Below are positions 25,994 to 35,066 of a DNA stretch of 64,000 nucleotides, one piece after another. Made by a program: the position numbers and the translations under genes. The notes under the pieces were generated by a model. It was given only the letters and a program-made list of their open reading frames with translations. It had not been told where the DNA came from and ran no database searches. Source of the DNA: Candidatus Uhrbacteria bacterium (lineage in GTDB: Bacteria; Patescibacteriota; Patescibacteriia; JACQRZ01); NCBI GenBank assembly GCA_016206155.1, contig JACQSC010000002.1:143473-207472 (forward strand), read 5' to 3'. Within the stretch, counting starts at the first letter, position 1. Every line of letters starts with the position of its first letter.

Positions 25994-27746
25994 ACAGCAG
26001 AGGGGACAGACCATTCTAGAAATTGTCATCGCGCTTGCGATTTTTATTTTTATATCAAGCGCGCTTGCTTCACTGATACTCGGCGGGTTGCATGGCGTCG
26101 CGCAGGGGTCACAGCATCTTGAGGCAGACGCGCTTGCGCAGGAGGGAATGGAAGCGCTCCGGTCGATTAAAAACGGCGCGTGGAATGAGTTGTCTCAATC
26201 ACCGGCGGGGGTGCGCGTATCCGGAGGTGAGTGGATTCTCTCCGGAGCAAGCGACAGCATGCCGCCATTTACCCGTACGATTACCCTTGACGCGGTATGC
26301 CGATCACAGGCCGGCGACATTGTTTCGTGTCCCGGTTCATATACAGATCCGCATACGCTGTACGGCGCAAGCGCGGTTACATGGACAACGCTTGAAGGAA
26401 CCCGGAATCAGGTGACTCGCAGCTCCTATCTCACTTCTTGGAATGAGTCGGCGTGGACGCAAACTGATTGGAGCGGTGGTACGGGACAGAGCATATGGTC
26501 GGTAGAGAATCGCTATGATGCGGACGATGGAAATATCGATTCGGCGGTTGCAGGGCAGGTTCAACTCGCGGCATCCGCAATAACTGGAACATGGTCTCTG
26601 CACTCGCAGATACCGGAGGGGGATGATCTTCACGATCTCTGGACCGTGGGCGGAAGCGATATATGGGCTGTCGGAGACGATGGGCTCATCATTCATTGGG
26701 ATGGAACAACGTGGACAACTGTTACATCTCCGCATGGCAGTCGGATCAATGGCATTTTTATGCTCTCTGCCAGTAGTGGGTGGGCTGTTGGCGATGGAGG
26801 AAAGATTATACGGTACGACGGTACATCCTGGACACAGGTAAGCTCGCCCGTTACCGATCACCTTAACAGTATATGGATGGTATCTGAAAGCGATGGCTGG
26901 GCAGTTGGTGAAGCGGGCAAGATTCTCCGCTTTGACGGTACTTCCTGGACGCAATTTACCGATACCGGAGGAAATACCTGGCATGATATTCAAATGATCT
27001 CGGCAGCCGATGGATGGGTTGTTGGAAACCAGGGCCTTATCTACCGCTGGAACGGATCTGCGTGGTCATTGCATACCGATAGCGGCGGTACGGTATGGCG
27101 ATCGCTCTATCTTCTGAGCGCAACGGATGGTTGGGTTGCAGGCGATCAAGGACTTATCTACCGCTGGAATGGTTCTGAGTGGTTGCTTTCAGCCGATACC
27201 GGCGGAACGAACTGGCGCTCTGTGTATCATGCATCATCATCAGACGGCTGGGTGACAGGAACAGGCGGTGAAATCTACCACTGGAATGGCGTTATGTGGA
27301 GCGCATACTCGTCGCCCACAACGGCAGATATTAATGAGGTGCGCATGCTCTCGTCAAGCCTCGGGTGGGCTGTTGCTGATGGCGGGCGACTCTTTCGCTA
27401 CCAAGCAAGCGCCTTTGAGACAAGCGGTGTCGTGACGTCATCCGCCTTCTCGCTTGGCGATGCCTCGCCGGTTACTGTTATCGAGTGGGATGAGGTGGTT
27501 CCCGCATGTACACCGGCGTGTGATGTCCGCCTTCAGATACGCACCGCTCCTGATAGTGGAGGTACACCCGGAGTCTTTGGTCCATGGTACGGAGCGACGG
27601 GTATCGATACGTTTTTTTTAACGCCTACCGGATCGTTGATTCCACAAGAAGCAAACGGCGGATCGTGGGTGCAGTATCGTGCCGTGCTTGACGGCGACGG
27701 CACAGCGACCCCGACGCTAAACGAGGCGCGCGTGTATTATAAATAA
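25986..27746 (+). CDS. Minor pilin (PilV-like N-terminus) fused to a WAVGxxG beta-propeller
   Basis: G|QTILEIVIA; LAQEGMEALR; about seven repeats of GWxVGxxGxIxxWxGxxW. Confidence 0.82.
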   Translation: MIEQQRGQTILEIVIALAIFIFISSALASLILGGLHGVAQGSQHLEADALAQEGMEALRSIKNGAWNELSQSPAGVRVSGGEWILSGASDSMPPFTRTITLDAVCRSQAGDIVSCPGSYTDPHTLYGASAVTWTTLEGTRNQVTRSSYLTSWNESAWTQTDWSGGTGQSIWSVENRYDADDGNIDSAVAGQVQLAASAITGTWSLHSQIPEGDDLHDLWTVGGSDIWAVGDDGLIIHWDGTTWTTVTSPHGSRINGIFMLSASSGWAVGDGGKIIRYDGTSWTQVSSPVTDHLNSIWMVSESDGWAVGEAGKILRFDGTSWTQFTDTGGNTWHDIQMISAADGWVVGNQGLIYRWNGSAWSLHTDSGGTVWRSLYLLSATDGWVAGDQGLIYRWNGSEWLLSADTGGTNWRSVYHASSSDGWVTGTGGEIYHWNGVMWSAYSSPTTADINEVRMLSSSLGWAVADGGRLFRYQASAFETSGVVTSSAFSLGDASPVTVIEWDEVVPACTPACDVRLQIRTAPDSGGTPGVFGPWYGATGIDTFFLTPTGSLIPQEANGGSWVQYRAVLDGDGTATPTLNEARVYYK

Positions 27747-27816
27747 TTTCAAATTTATGATTTTAAATTTCAAATTGAAGAAAAATTTGCAATTTGAAAT
27801 TTGCAATTTGAAATTA
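27744..27816. repeat. Heptamer arrays (AATTTCA/AATTTGA-type) encoding a prepilin leader
   Basis: AATTTCAAATTT...AAATTTCAAATT then AATTTGCAATTTGAAATTTGCAATTTGAAATT. Confidence 0.8.
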
Positions 27817-28320
27817 TGTATTGGGTTTACGTTGGTTGAAATTGTTATTTCTGTCGGAATTATGCTCATCATCGTTGGCAGTCTCGGCGGTTTTGTCGTA
27901 TCTCTGCAGTCGGCGCGACAACATATGGCAAGCGCGCAGGAAGTTGACGGTAATTTTCGCATAGCGCTCGATCTTCTTGGTTCGCGTATCCGCGGCGCGC
28001 GCGGGGTTAATGCCGGCGCATCGATATTTGATACGGATCCGGGGGTATTGTCGCTTGAGATGGCTAATCCCGCGCTCAATCCGACGGTATTTCGTCTTGA
28101 TCAGGATAATGGTATTCTGCAAATGCAAGAGGGAGCGGGAAGCCCCGTGTCAGTGACATCAAACGAAGTACGCGTGTCAGATCTCGTCTTTTCACTGCGC
28201 TCTCCTGCGGGAGAGCCCGAGAATGTTGGTATTGCGCTGACGATTGATTATTATTCGCAAACTGATTCCTATGCCGGCTTTTCCCATTCGCTCACAACCG
28301 CGGTTACCGCTCGAGAGTAG
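27757..28320 (+). CDS. Minor pilin, PilW/PulJ-like
   Basis: G|FTLVEIVIS; conserved position in the cluster. Confidence 0.85.
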   Translation: MILNFKLKKNLQFEICNLKLCIGFTLVEIVISVGIMLIIVGSLGGFVVSLQSARQHMASAQEVDGNFRIALDLLGSRIRGARGVNAGASIFDTDPGVLSLEMANPALNPTVFRLDQDNGILQMQEGAGSPVSVTSNEVRVSDLVFSLRSPAGEPENVGIALTIDYYSQTDSYAGFSHSLTTAVTARE

Positions 28321-28693
28321 CGGTGTGTCGCTCCTGATTGTTATTGTTATTCTGGGATCGGCTTTGCTTATAATATCCGCCGGCGCGCTTCTGGTTGGGC
28401 TTTCGGAGCGAGAGAGCGGCTTTGTCGCCGGTCTCGGAGGTGAGGCGCGCGCGTTGGCCGACGGATGCATGGATGAAGCATACTTGCGCATGGAGCGTGA
28501 TGCGTCCTGGGGACTCACGAGCGTGGTCCTCTTCACAGCGCCGAATGGTTCATGTAGTATTGAGGTCAGCGATCTTGGCGGGAATACCAGACGTATTGAT
28601 ATTGTCGCAACTCGCGATGCATATACATCACATATCCGTTCAACCTACGTGATTGGCGGCGGGATATCCGAGTGGGAAGAACGCACCGACTAA
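28271..28693 (+). CDS. Minor pilin, PilX/PulK-like
   Basis: G|VSLLIVIVI lacking Glu5; ARALADGCMDEA; WEE C-terminus. Confidence 0.75.
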   Translation: MPAFPIRSQPRLPLESSGVSLLIVIVILGSALLIISAGALLVGLSERESGFVAGLGGEARALADGCMDEAYLRMERDASWGLTSVVLFTAPNGSCSIEVSDLGGNTRRIDIVATRDAYTSHIRSTYVIGGGISEWEERTD

Positions 28694-28695
28694 TT

Positions 28696-29757
28696 ATGAT
28701 TTTTACTCGTCGAGCCATTGGTCTAGACATTGCCGACCACAGCATTCAGATTGTCGAGATTGAACAACCCCTTTTTTCGCATACGCCAAAGGTCGTTTCA
28801 AAGGCGCGCCGCTCCCTTGAACGGGGGATTGTTGAAAAAGGCAAGGTTGTTTTAAAAAAGCAGCTTATCGAGGCGTTGTCTGAACTTGCGCGCCAAGCAC
28901 AGCCGAGAGAAATTGCGCCGGGTGACGTTATCTTTGGTGTGCCGGAGCCCCTGGTCTATACCCAAATTCTTATGCTTGAGACGGATCGCGCCACATCGCT
29001 TGATGAACAGATCGAGCGCATCGCCCATGAATCCATTCCGCTTGAATCTGCCGATCTTGTGTATGCGTACGGACTCATATCGCAGATTGAGGGAAAGCGA
29101 GAAGCGCTGCTCTATGGAACAAGCAAGGAAGCGCTTGCCGACTGGGATGATGTGCTTGCGGCGGCGGGCTTTGGCGTTCGCGCGTTTGATCATGAATTGC
29201 TTGCGATTGCGCGCGGCATGTTTGGCAGCACCATTCCATCGCCCGTCTGCATTGTTGATAGCGGAGCGGAACGTACCAAAATTGCCGTTTATTCGCGCCG
29301 CGGACTGCACTATGTGCATTCGATTGATAGGGCCGGTGATTATTTTACAGACGAAATTGCAAAGTCGCTCGATGTGCCAAAGGAAGTTGCCGAGCAGATG
29401 AAGAGAGATGAGGGAATCGTCAACCTGACGCTCCACGCGCTGTTTATAAAACTTTTGGATCCGATTATTGCAGAGATTGTGACGGCATGCGATTTTTTTG
29501 AAAAAACGCATCATCATCCGGTTGCAGAAATTGTGCTTGTCGGCGGATCGGCACAGCTAAAAGGTCTGACCACATATGTTCGGGATGGGGTTGGGCGGCC
29601 GTGCAGGCTTGGCGCTTCATTGCTTCCTTCGCTTCGCACAGAGTCAGACCATGACGCCCTTCACTACATCGAAGCCTTGGGACTCGCGCTCAAGGGTCTT
29701 CGCAAAACAGCGTGGGAGCGGGAACATCCCTCGTTCAAAATGCCGCGCGCGGCATAA
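28696..29757 (+). CDS. pilM: Type IV pilus assembly protein PilM
   Basis: IGLDI..SIQIVE, VDSGAERT, LVGGSAQL and ALGLAL actin-like motifs. Confidence 0.9.
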   Translation: MIFTRRAIGLDIADHSIQIVEIEQPLFSHTPKVVSKARRSLERGIVEKGKVVLKKQLIEALSELARQAQPREIAPGDVIFGVPEPLVYTQILMLETDRATSLDEQIERIAHESIPLESADLVYAYGLISQIEGKREALLYGTSKEALADWDDVLAAAGFGVRAFDHELLAIARGMFGSTIPSPVCIVDSGAERTKIAVYSRRGLHYVHSIDRAGDYFTDEIAKSLDVPKEVAEQMKRDEGIVNLTLHALFIKLLDPIIAEIVTACDFFEKTHHHPVAEIVLVGGSAQLKGLTTYVRDGVGRPCRLGASLLPSLRTESDHDALHYIEALGLALKGLRKTAWEREHPSFKMPRAA

Positions 29758-29840
29758 TTATGGTTATCCACTGCACAAGAAATCAAATATGTGCTATACT
29801 ATAATAAAGTCTTCAGATGAGAAGACATAAGTTTATTATT

Positions 29841-30341
29841 ATGAGACACAATTCCCGACGAGGGTTTACGCTCATTGAACTGCTTATTGTGATTGCTGTG
29901 ATCGCGATTTTGGCGGCTGTTGCATTTGTCGCCCTTGATCCTTTGACACGATTCCGCGATACGCGAGATGCGCGGCGCTGGTCTGATATCTCCGCAATCA
30001 TGACTGCCATCAAGGCAGATCAGGTTGACAGCAGAGGAAACTATTTGACGGCGATTCAGAACATGACCGACGGTCAGGTATATATGGTTGGAACCGGCGC
30101 GGCCGGATGTGACGATCTCAACGCGAGTTGCGCTACGGCAGTTAGCTCAGATGCAAACTGTGTCAATCTTGCAGGATTGGTTACAGCCGGTAAATTGGGC
30201 GCCGTACCAACCAGTCCAAACGGAGCGGCGACATGGACCGCCGCGCGTGGCGGGTATACGTTGCAGCGCGACACGACTGGCATCATCACGGTGCGGGCGT
30301 GCGAACATGAGAATACGACCGAAATTTTCCTCTCACGATAA
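29841..30341 (+). CDS. Major type IV pilin
   Basis: RRG|FTLIELLIVIAVIAILA; RDARRWSD; own extended -10 (TGCTATACT ~29792) and terminator. Confidence 0.9.
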   Translation: MRHNSRRGFTLIELLIVIAVIAILAAVAFVALDPLTRFRDTRDARRWSDISAIMTAIKADQVDSRGNYLTAIQNMTDGQVYMVGTGAAGCDDLNASCATAVSSDANCVNLAGLVTAGKLGAVPTSPNGAATWTAARGGYTLQRDTTGIITVRACEHENTTEIFLSR

Positions 30342-30352
30342 AGAGGTCACTT

Positions 30353-30379
30353 AAAAGCCCCCTCGCGGGGGCTTTTTTT
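30353..30379 (+). terminator. Rho-independent terminator
   Basis: AAAAGCCCCC-TCGC-GGGGGCTTTTTTT. Confidence 0.85.
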
Positions 30380-30444
30380 ATTGCCCTATTTTTACATTTG
30401 TGATACTATATAGATGACAATATTAACTTATAAGCATCCTAACT

Positions 30445-30840
30445 ATGCCGTATTTTGATTTATCGATCTATGGTTCAGAGTGGGCATTGCTCATTATGAG
30501 GATTGCGCTTGCGGCTGTATTTTTGACCCATGGACTCTCAAAGCGCGGGATGTGGAAAGCTGCGCCAAGCGATTCGATGCCGCCATCACAGCTTTGGTTG
30601 ATGCGCATTCTCTCGGTCATTGAGCCTATTGCGGGTATTGGCGTGTTGTTTGGCATCTTTACCGCGTTGTCTGCATATGCGATTGCCATTGTGATGATTG
30701 GAGCAATGTATTACAAGATTGCGGTCTGGAAGAAAAAATTTAGCGAAACAGGCGGATGGGAATTTGACCTCGTGCTTTTTGCCGCCGCGCTTATCATCGC
30801 CGCGTTTGGTCCCGGTGTCTTTTCTCTCGCAATGTACTAA
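30445..30840 (+). CDS. DoxX family membrane protein
   Basis: RIALAAVFLTHGLSK...E...GGWEFDL...GPG.FSL. Confidence 0.9.
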   Translation: MPYFDLSIYGSEWALLIMRIALAAVFLTHGLSKRGMWKAAPSDSMPPSQLWLMRILSVIEPIAGIGVLFGIFTALSAYAIAIVMIGAMYYKIAVWKKKFSETGGWEFDLVLFAAALIIAAFGPGVFSLAMY

Positions 30841-30848
30841 CGATCAGC

Positions 30849-31715
30849 ATGAAACCCATTATTTTTTACCACGGGCAGTGCCTTGACGGGTTTGCCGGGG
30901 CATGGGCAGCATGGAAAAAATTCGGAAATGCCGCTGAGTATCGGGGGGTTTCTCATGATCTCAACCGCATTCCCACCGGCATCACCGGACGGACAGTTTA
31001 TTTTATCGATTATTGTCTATCGGAGGCGCTGATGCGACGAGCGCTTGCGCGGACGCGACGCTGTATTGTTATTGATCATCACGCAACTCATAGGACCATT
31101 GCGGGCATGGCGGACGAGTCAGTATTTTCGCTGTCGAAATCGGGCTGTGTGCTTGCGTGGAATTATTTTCATCCTAAAAAAAACCCCCCGCAATTGTTGC
31201 TTGCGATCCAGGACTATGATCTTTTTACCCTCAAGCGTAAACATACACTGGAAATCGCGACTGCGCTGACACTTGCGGAGCGAGAATTCGATGCATGGTC
31301 GAACCTTGTTCGCGACTTTGCAGATCCGCTGCTGAGGAAAACATTCGTGTTGCTCGGTTCGCTTCTCATGCGGTATAAGGATGAATGTATTGATCGCATT
31401 CTTGAGAGTGCGCAGCGCGTCGTCTTTCATGGGCATCGCGCCTATGCGGTAAATACGTCCGCGTTCTATTCGGAAGTCGGTACGCGAATGTATCAAACTC
31501 GTCCTGTGCACCTTGGCATTGTTTGGTATTACAGGAATGGGCGCATGAAGGTCTCTCTTCGCTCTGATGGGCGAATTGATTGTGGGGCGCTTGCCATCAG
31601 GTACGGTGGCGGCGGACATGTTGGCGCGGCGGCATTTTGGCTGCCGTTTAAGGGCGAGTTCCCATGGAGGACAATAGGAAATGGTGTCCCCATTTCCCTG
31701 CAAAGTAAATCATAA
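30849..31715 (+). CDS. DHH/DHHA1 family phosphoesterase
   Basis: YH..CLDG, IDHH, SLRS and GGGGHxxAA motifs. Confidence 0.88.
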   Translation: MKPIIFYHGQCLDGFAGAWAAWKKFGNAAEYRGVSHDLNRIPTGITGRTVYFIDYCLSEALMRRALARTRRCIVIDHHATHRTIAGMADESVFSLSKSGCVLAWNYFHPKKNPPQLLLAIQDYDLFTLKRKHTLEIATALTLAEREFDAWSNLVRDFADPLLRKTFVLLGSLLMRYKDECIDRILESAQRVVFHGHRAYAVNTSAFYSEVGTRMYQTRPVHLGIVWYYRNGRMKVSLRSDGRIDCGALAIRYGGGGHVGAAAFWLPFKGEFPWRTIGNGVPISLQSKS

Positions 31716-31729
31716 ATTTGAAATTCTCT

Positions 31730-32017
31730 ATGGGTATCTTCGACAAACTCAAGGATATCAACGAGCTTCGCAAGAACGCAAGCGAATTAAAAGCCCTGCA
31801 AGCGCAACTGGCAAAAGAGGAAATTGTCAGTACGTCAAAGGATGGACTGGTGACGATCGTTCTTGACGGAAACCAGAACGTCGTACGCGTGCAGGTTCAT
31901 GATTCTATTCTTGGAAACAAGAATCAGTTAGAGGCATCGATCAAAGATGCGCTTTTTCGCGCGCTTGACGGCCTGAAGAAAATGATGGCTTCAAAGTTCT
32001 CCTCATTTCTCAAATAG
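31730..32017 (+). CDS. YbaB/EbfC nucleoid-associated protein
   Basis: LQAQLA.E...GLVTIVLDG.Q.V pattern; size. Confidence 0.85.
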   Translation: MGIFDKLKDINELRKNASELKALQAQLAKEEIVSTSKDGLVTIVLDGNQNVVRVQVHDSILGNKNQLEASIKDALFRALDGLKKMMASKFSSFLK

Positions 32018-32037
32018 AATTGCGAAAGGTCAAGAGC

Positions 32038-32526
32038 ATGACGGTTATTCTTTTTATCGCGGTACTGTTTGCGCTTTGCGTGTTATGGATTGCAAGCCCG
32101 TTGCCGGGCGCTCCCTTATTCATGATCGCGCTTTTTTCTTTGTACGTTCTTCCATATCGCCAATCGCTTGCCGTCGTACTTGTGGCAGGCGTTCTCGCCG
32201 ATCTTTTTTCTCCGATAAAGGGACTCTCGACAGTGACTTATTTATTTGGATTTATTGCCGCGCGTTTTTTGTCCCGACATGTCGTTGACTACCGCACGTG
32301 TTTTGGCAGCATGATTCTTTTTGTCGGAATGAGCGCCGTTGTTGGATACGTTTCCATTTTCATCAGTTTCGGTCTTGATGTCATTCGCCTGGATGATCGA
32401 GCTGCTGCGGGAGCCTATGCACTTACCGCAAGCCTGCTCTTTATTCCGTGGCTTCTTATCAGCATTCCGGTCGCTTTGCTCCTCTATGGCCTTTCTCGCC
32501 TTATTGGTAATCGGACATCGGTATGA
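32038..32526 (+). CDS. mreD: MreD-like membrane protein
   Basis: Multi-TM with G.LADLFS; directly upstream of mrdA. Confidence 0.55.
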   Translation: MTVILFIAVLFALCVLWIASPLPGAPLFMIALFSLYVLPYRQSLAVVLVAGVLADLFSPIKGLSTVTYLFGFIAARFLSRHVVDYRTCFGSMILFVGMSAVVGYVSIFISFGLDVIRLDDRAAAGAYALTASLLFIPWLLISIPVALLLYGLSRLIGNRTSV

Positions 32527-34475
32527 GTCGCGCGTCAGTTCCTTTTGTTCCCGACTTTGGCTCAACAATAGAACTGCACCGCACAGTGAGACATGAATGG
32601 GTGGAGTCTGTTGTTCCGGGGCAGGAAAGCGATCAGTCACGCCAATTCTTGGGGACAAGCATTTCGCGCCGAACAATTTCGCTCACCTATGGATTGATCA
32701 TATGCACGCTCGCGGTGTTTGCATTTCGCAGCGCTTATCTTCAACTTTTTGAGGGGCGCGGATTTGCCATGATTGCAGAATCGCAAAAGGACAAAGTTGA
32801 GATTAAGCCGGCACGAAGAGGGATTATATTTGATAGAAATGGCGCTGTGCTGGTAAACAACACTCCGCGATTTGTCCTTGAGGTATTGCCTGCGCAGATG
32901 GCGCGAAATCACGATGAGCGCGAGAAAAGCATCAAACAAGCAAGTGCGCTTGTCGGCATGAGCGCTGAGGAGCTTGGCGGTCTTATTGCGAATCACCATT
33001 TTCTCGAACCACTTGTCGTTGCTGACAATCTTGCATATCCGGATGCGTTGCGTGTCATGGTTGAGGCGGAGAATATTCCAGGTGTCGCCGTTGTGCCGAC
33101 GTTTTCCCGCGGTTATCAGTTCGGGGGAGCGTCGAGCCTTGCGCATGTCGTCGGTACGATGGGGCGCATTTCAGAGCAAGAATATACAAAAGCCGCCGGG
33201 ATCTATCGATTGTCAGACATCATCGGAAAGTCGGGGCTCGAATTTTACTATGAGTCCCAACTTCGCGGGCGCGATGGAAGGCGGGTGATCGAGGTTGATG
33301 CGCTTGGCCGCGAAAAGCGTATTCTTTCAGAGGATCGGCCGCAGGATGGTACGTCGCTGACGTTGAGCATCGATCGCGAGCTGCAAGCGAAGAGCGAAGA
33401 AGCGCTGCGCGCATGGATGGAAACGATTGGATCGTCCGGTGGGGTAGTCATTATATCTGATCCCAAAACCGGAGCAGTGCGCACACTTGTAAGTTTACCC
33501 GCATTTGACAGCGCCATCCTTGCAAAGGGCATTTCCGCAACTGCGTATGCCGATCTCATTCGCGACCCCTCGCGGCCACTGTTTAATCGTGCGCTACAAG
33601 GGGAATATCCATCCGGCTCAACAATCAAGCCGCTGGTTGCTGCGGCCGCGCTACAGGGGGGTATCATTACTCCACTGACGTCGTTCATGAGCACCGGAGG
33701 CATTCGCATATCGCAGTGGTTCTTTCCTGACTGGAAATCGGGCGGGCACGGGAGGACGAACGTAACGAAGGCGTTGGCAGAATCGGTAAATACATTTTTT
33801 TATATTGTAGGAGGTGGGTACGAGTCTGTTCCTGGGCTTGGTATAGCCCGAATGGCTGACACCTTTCGTAGTTTTGGCCTTGGGGACAGAGTGGGAATTG
33901 ATATTCCGGGAGAGGCTTTTGGATTTATCCCAAGTCCCGAATGGAAGCAAGAAAAAAAAGGAGAGCGATGGTATATCGGCGATACCTATCATGCGGCAAT
34001 CGGGCAAGGCGATATTCTTGTAACACCACTGCAGGTTCATGCATTCACCTCTTATTTTGCAAACAACGGTACATCGTACGCACCTTTTGTCGTGGAATCA
34101 ACAATGAATGCAGTAACCGGTTTGCGCCAAACAGAGCCGCGCGTGGCGCATCAAAATCTCATCGATGCGGCGCATGTTAAGACTATTCGCGAGGGGATGC
34201 GGCGCGCGGTGACGGATGGAAGCGCGCGCAAGTTGAGCTATTTGCCGGTGACTTCTGCGGGAAAGACTGGAACCGCGCAGTGGAGCAGTACAAAAAAACC
34301 GCATGCGTGGTATACGGGTTGGGCGCCGTTCGAGAATCCCGAGCTTGCTATTACGGTCCTCGTTGAGGAAGGGGAGGAGGGAAGTAGGACCGCGCTCGGT
34401 GTCACTAACGATATTTTGAAGTGGTATTTTTCGCCCCGTGCAGAGCCGACCAAACAACCATCAGTACAACCTTGA
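32523..34475 (+). CDS. mrdA: Penicillin-binding protein 2
   Basis: RGIIFDRNG, GKSGLE, STIK (SxxK), SVN (SxN) and KTGTAQ. Confidence 0.93.
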   Translation: MSRASVPFVPDFGSTIELHRTVRHEWVESVVPGQESDQSRQFLGTSISRRTISLTYGLIICTLAVFAFRSAYLQLFEGRGFAMIAESQKDKVEIKPARRGIIFDRNGAVLVNNTPRFVLEVLPAQMARNHDEREKSIKQASALVGMSAEELGGLIANHHFLEPLVVADNLAYPDALRVMVEAENIPGVAVVPTFSRGYQFGGASSLAHVVGTMGRISEQEYTKAAGIYRLSDIIGKSGLEFYYESQLRGRDGRRVIEVDALGREKRILSEDRPQDGTSLTLSIDRELQAKSEEALRAWMETIGSSGGVVIISDPKTGAVRTLVSLPAFDSAILAKGISATAYADLIRDPSRPLFNRALQGEYPSGSTIKPLVAAAALQGGIITPLTSFMSTGGIRISQWFFPDWKSGGHGRTNVTKALAESVNTFFYIVGGGYESVPGLGIARMADTFRSFGLGDRVGIDIPGEAFGFIPSPEWKQEKKGERWYIGDTYHAAIGQGDILVTPLQVHAFTSYFANNGTSYAPFVVESTMNAVTGLRQTEPRVAHQNLIDAAHVKTIREGMRRAVTDGSARKLSYLPVTSAGKTGTAQWSSTKKPHAWYTGWAPFENPELAITVLVEEGEEGSRTALGVTNDILKWYFSPRAEPTKQPSVQP

Positions 34476-34500
34476 CAATAATTCGGGAGCGGTGTATTCT
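34472..34500 (+). promoter_or_regulatory. sigma70-type promoter of greA
   Basis: TTGACA-17-TATTCT. Confidence 0.6.
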
Positions 34501-34514
34501 TCGCACCATCATTC

Positions 34515-34994
34515 GTGTCACAAAGCGCTATGCAGCATTATCTCACTCAAGATGGATATTTGAAGCTAAAGAGTGAACTTGAACATCTCAAAACTTTTGG
34601 CCGCAAAGAAGTAAGTGAACGCATCGCTACCGCAAAGGAGCTTGGCGATCTCAAGGAAAATGCAGAATATGCAGAGGCAAAAGATGATCAAGGACTCATG
34701 GAGGCTAAAATTTCTGAACTTGAGGAAGTTATTAAAAATGCTGTCATTGTCGATGAGGAGAAAAAGCGCGGCAACACACAGACGGTTTCAATCGGTTCCG
34801 TAGTTTCTGTAAGCTGCAACGGGAATACCTGCGAATACATGATAGTGGGCAGCGAGGAGGCGGATCCATCTCATGCGAAGATATCCTATGAATCTCCTCT
34901 CGGACGAGCTTTCTTAAATCGGCGCATCGGAGATCGAGTTGCTGTAACGGCGCCTAAGGGTGAGTATACCTACGTAATACTCGAGATTAAGTAA
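34515..34994 (+). CDS. greA: Transcription elongation factor GreA
   Basis: GDLKENAEY; ISYESPLG. Confidence 0.96.
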   Translation: MSQSAMQHYLTQDGYLKLKSELEHLKTFGRKEVSERIATAKELGDLKENAEYAEAKDDQGLMEAKISELEEVIKNAVIVDEEKKRGNTQTVSIGSVVSVSCNGNTCEYMIVGSEEADPSHAKISYESPLGRAFLNRRIGDRVAVTAPKGEYTYVILEIK

Positions 34995-35066
34995 TACCCT
35001 TGAGCGGTGTTGGCAAACAGGGTGAACCGTTGACTGTAAACGGTTTTTTTTGTATATTGAGAACAT

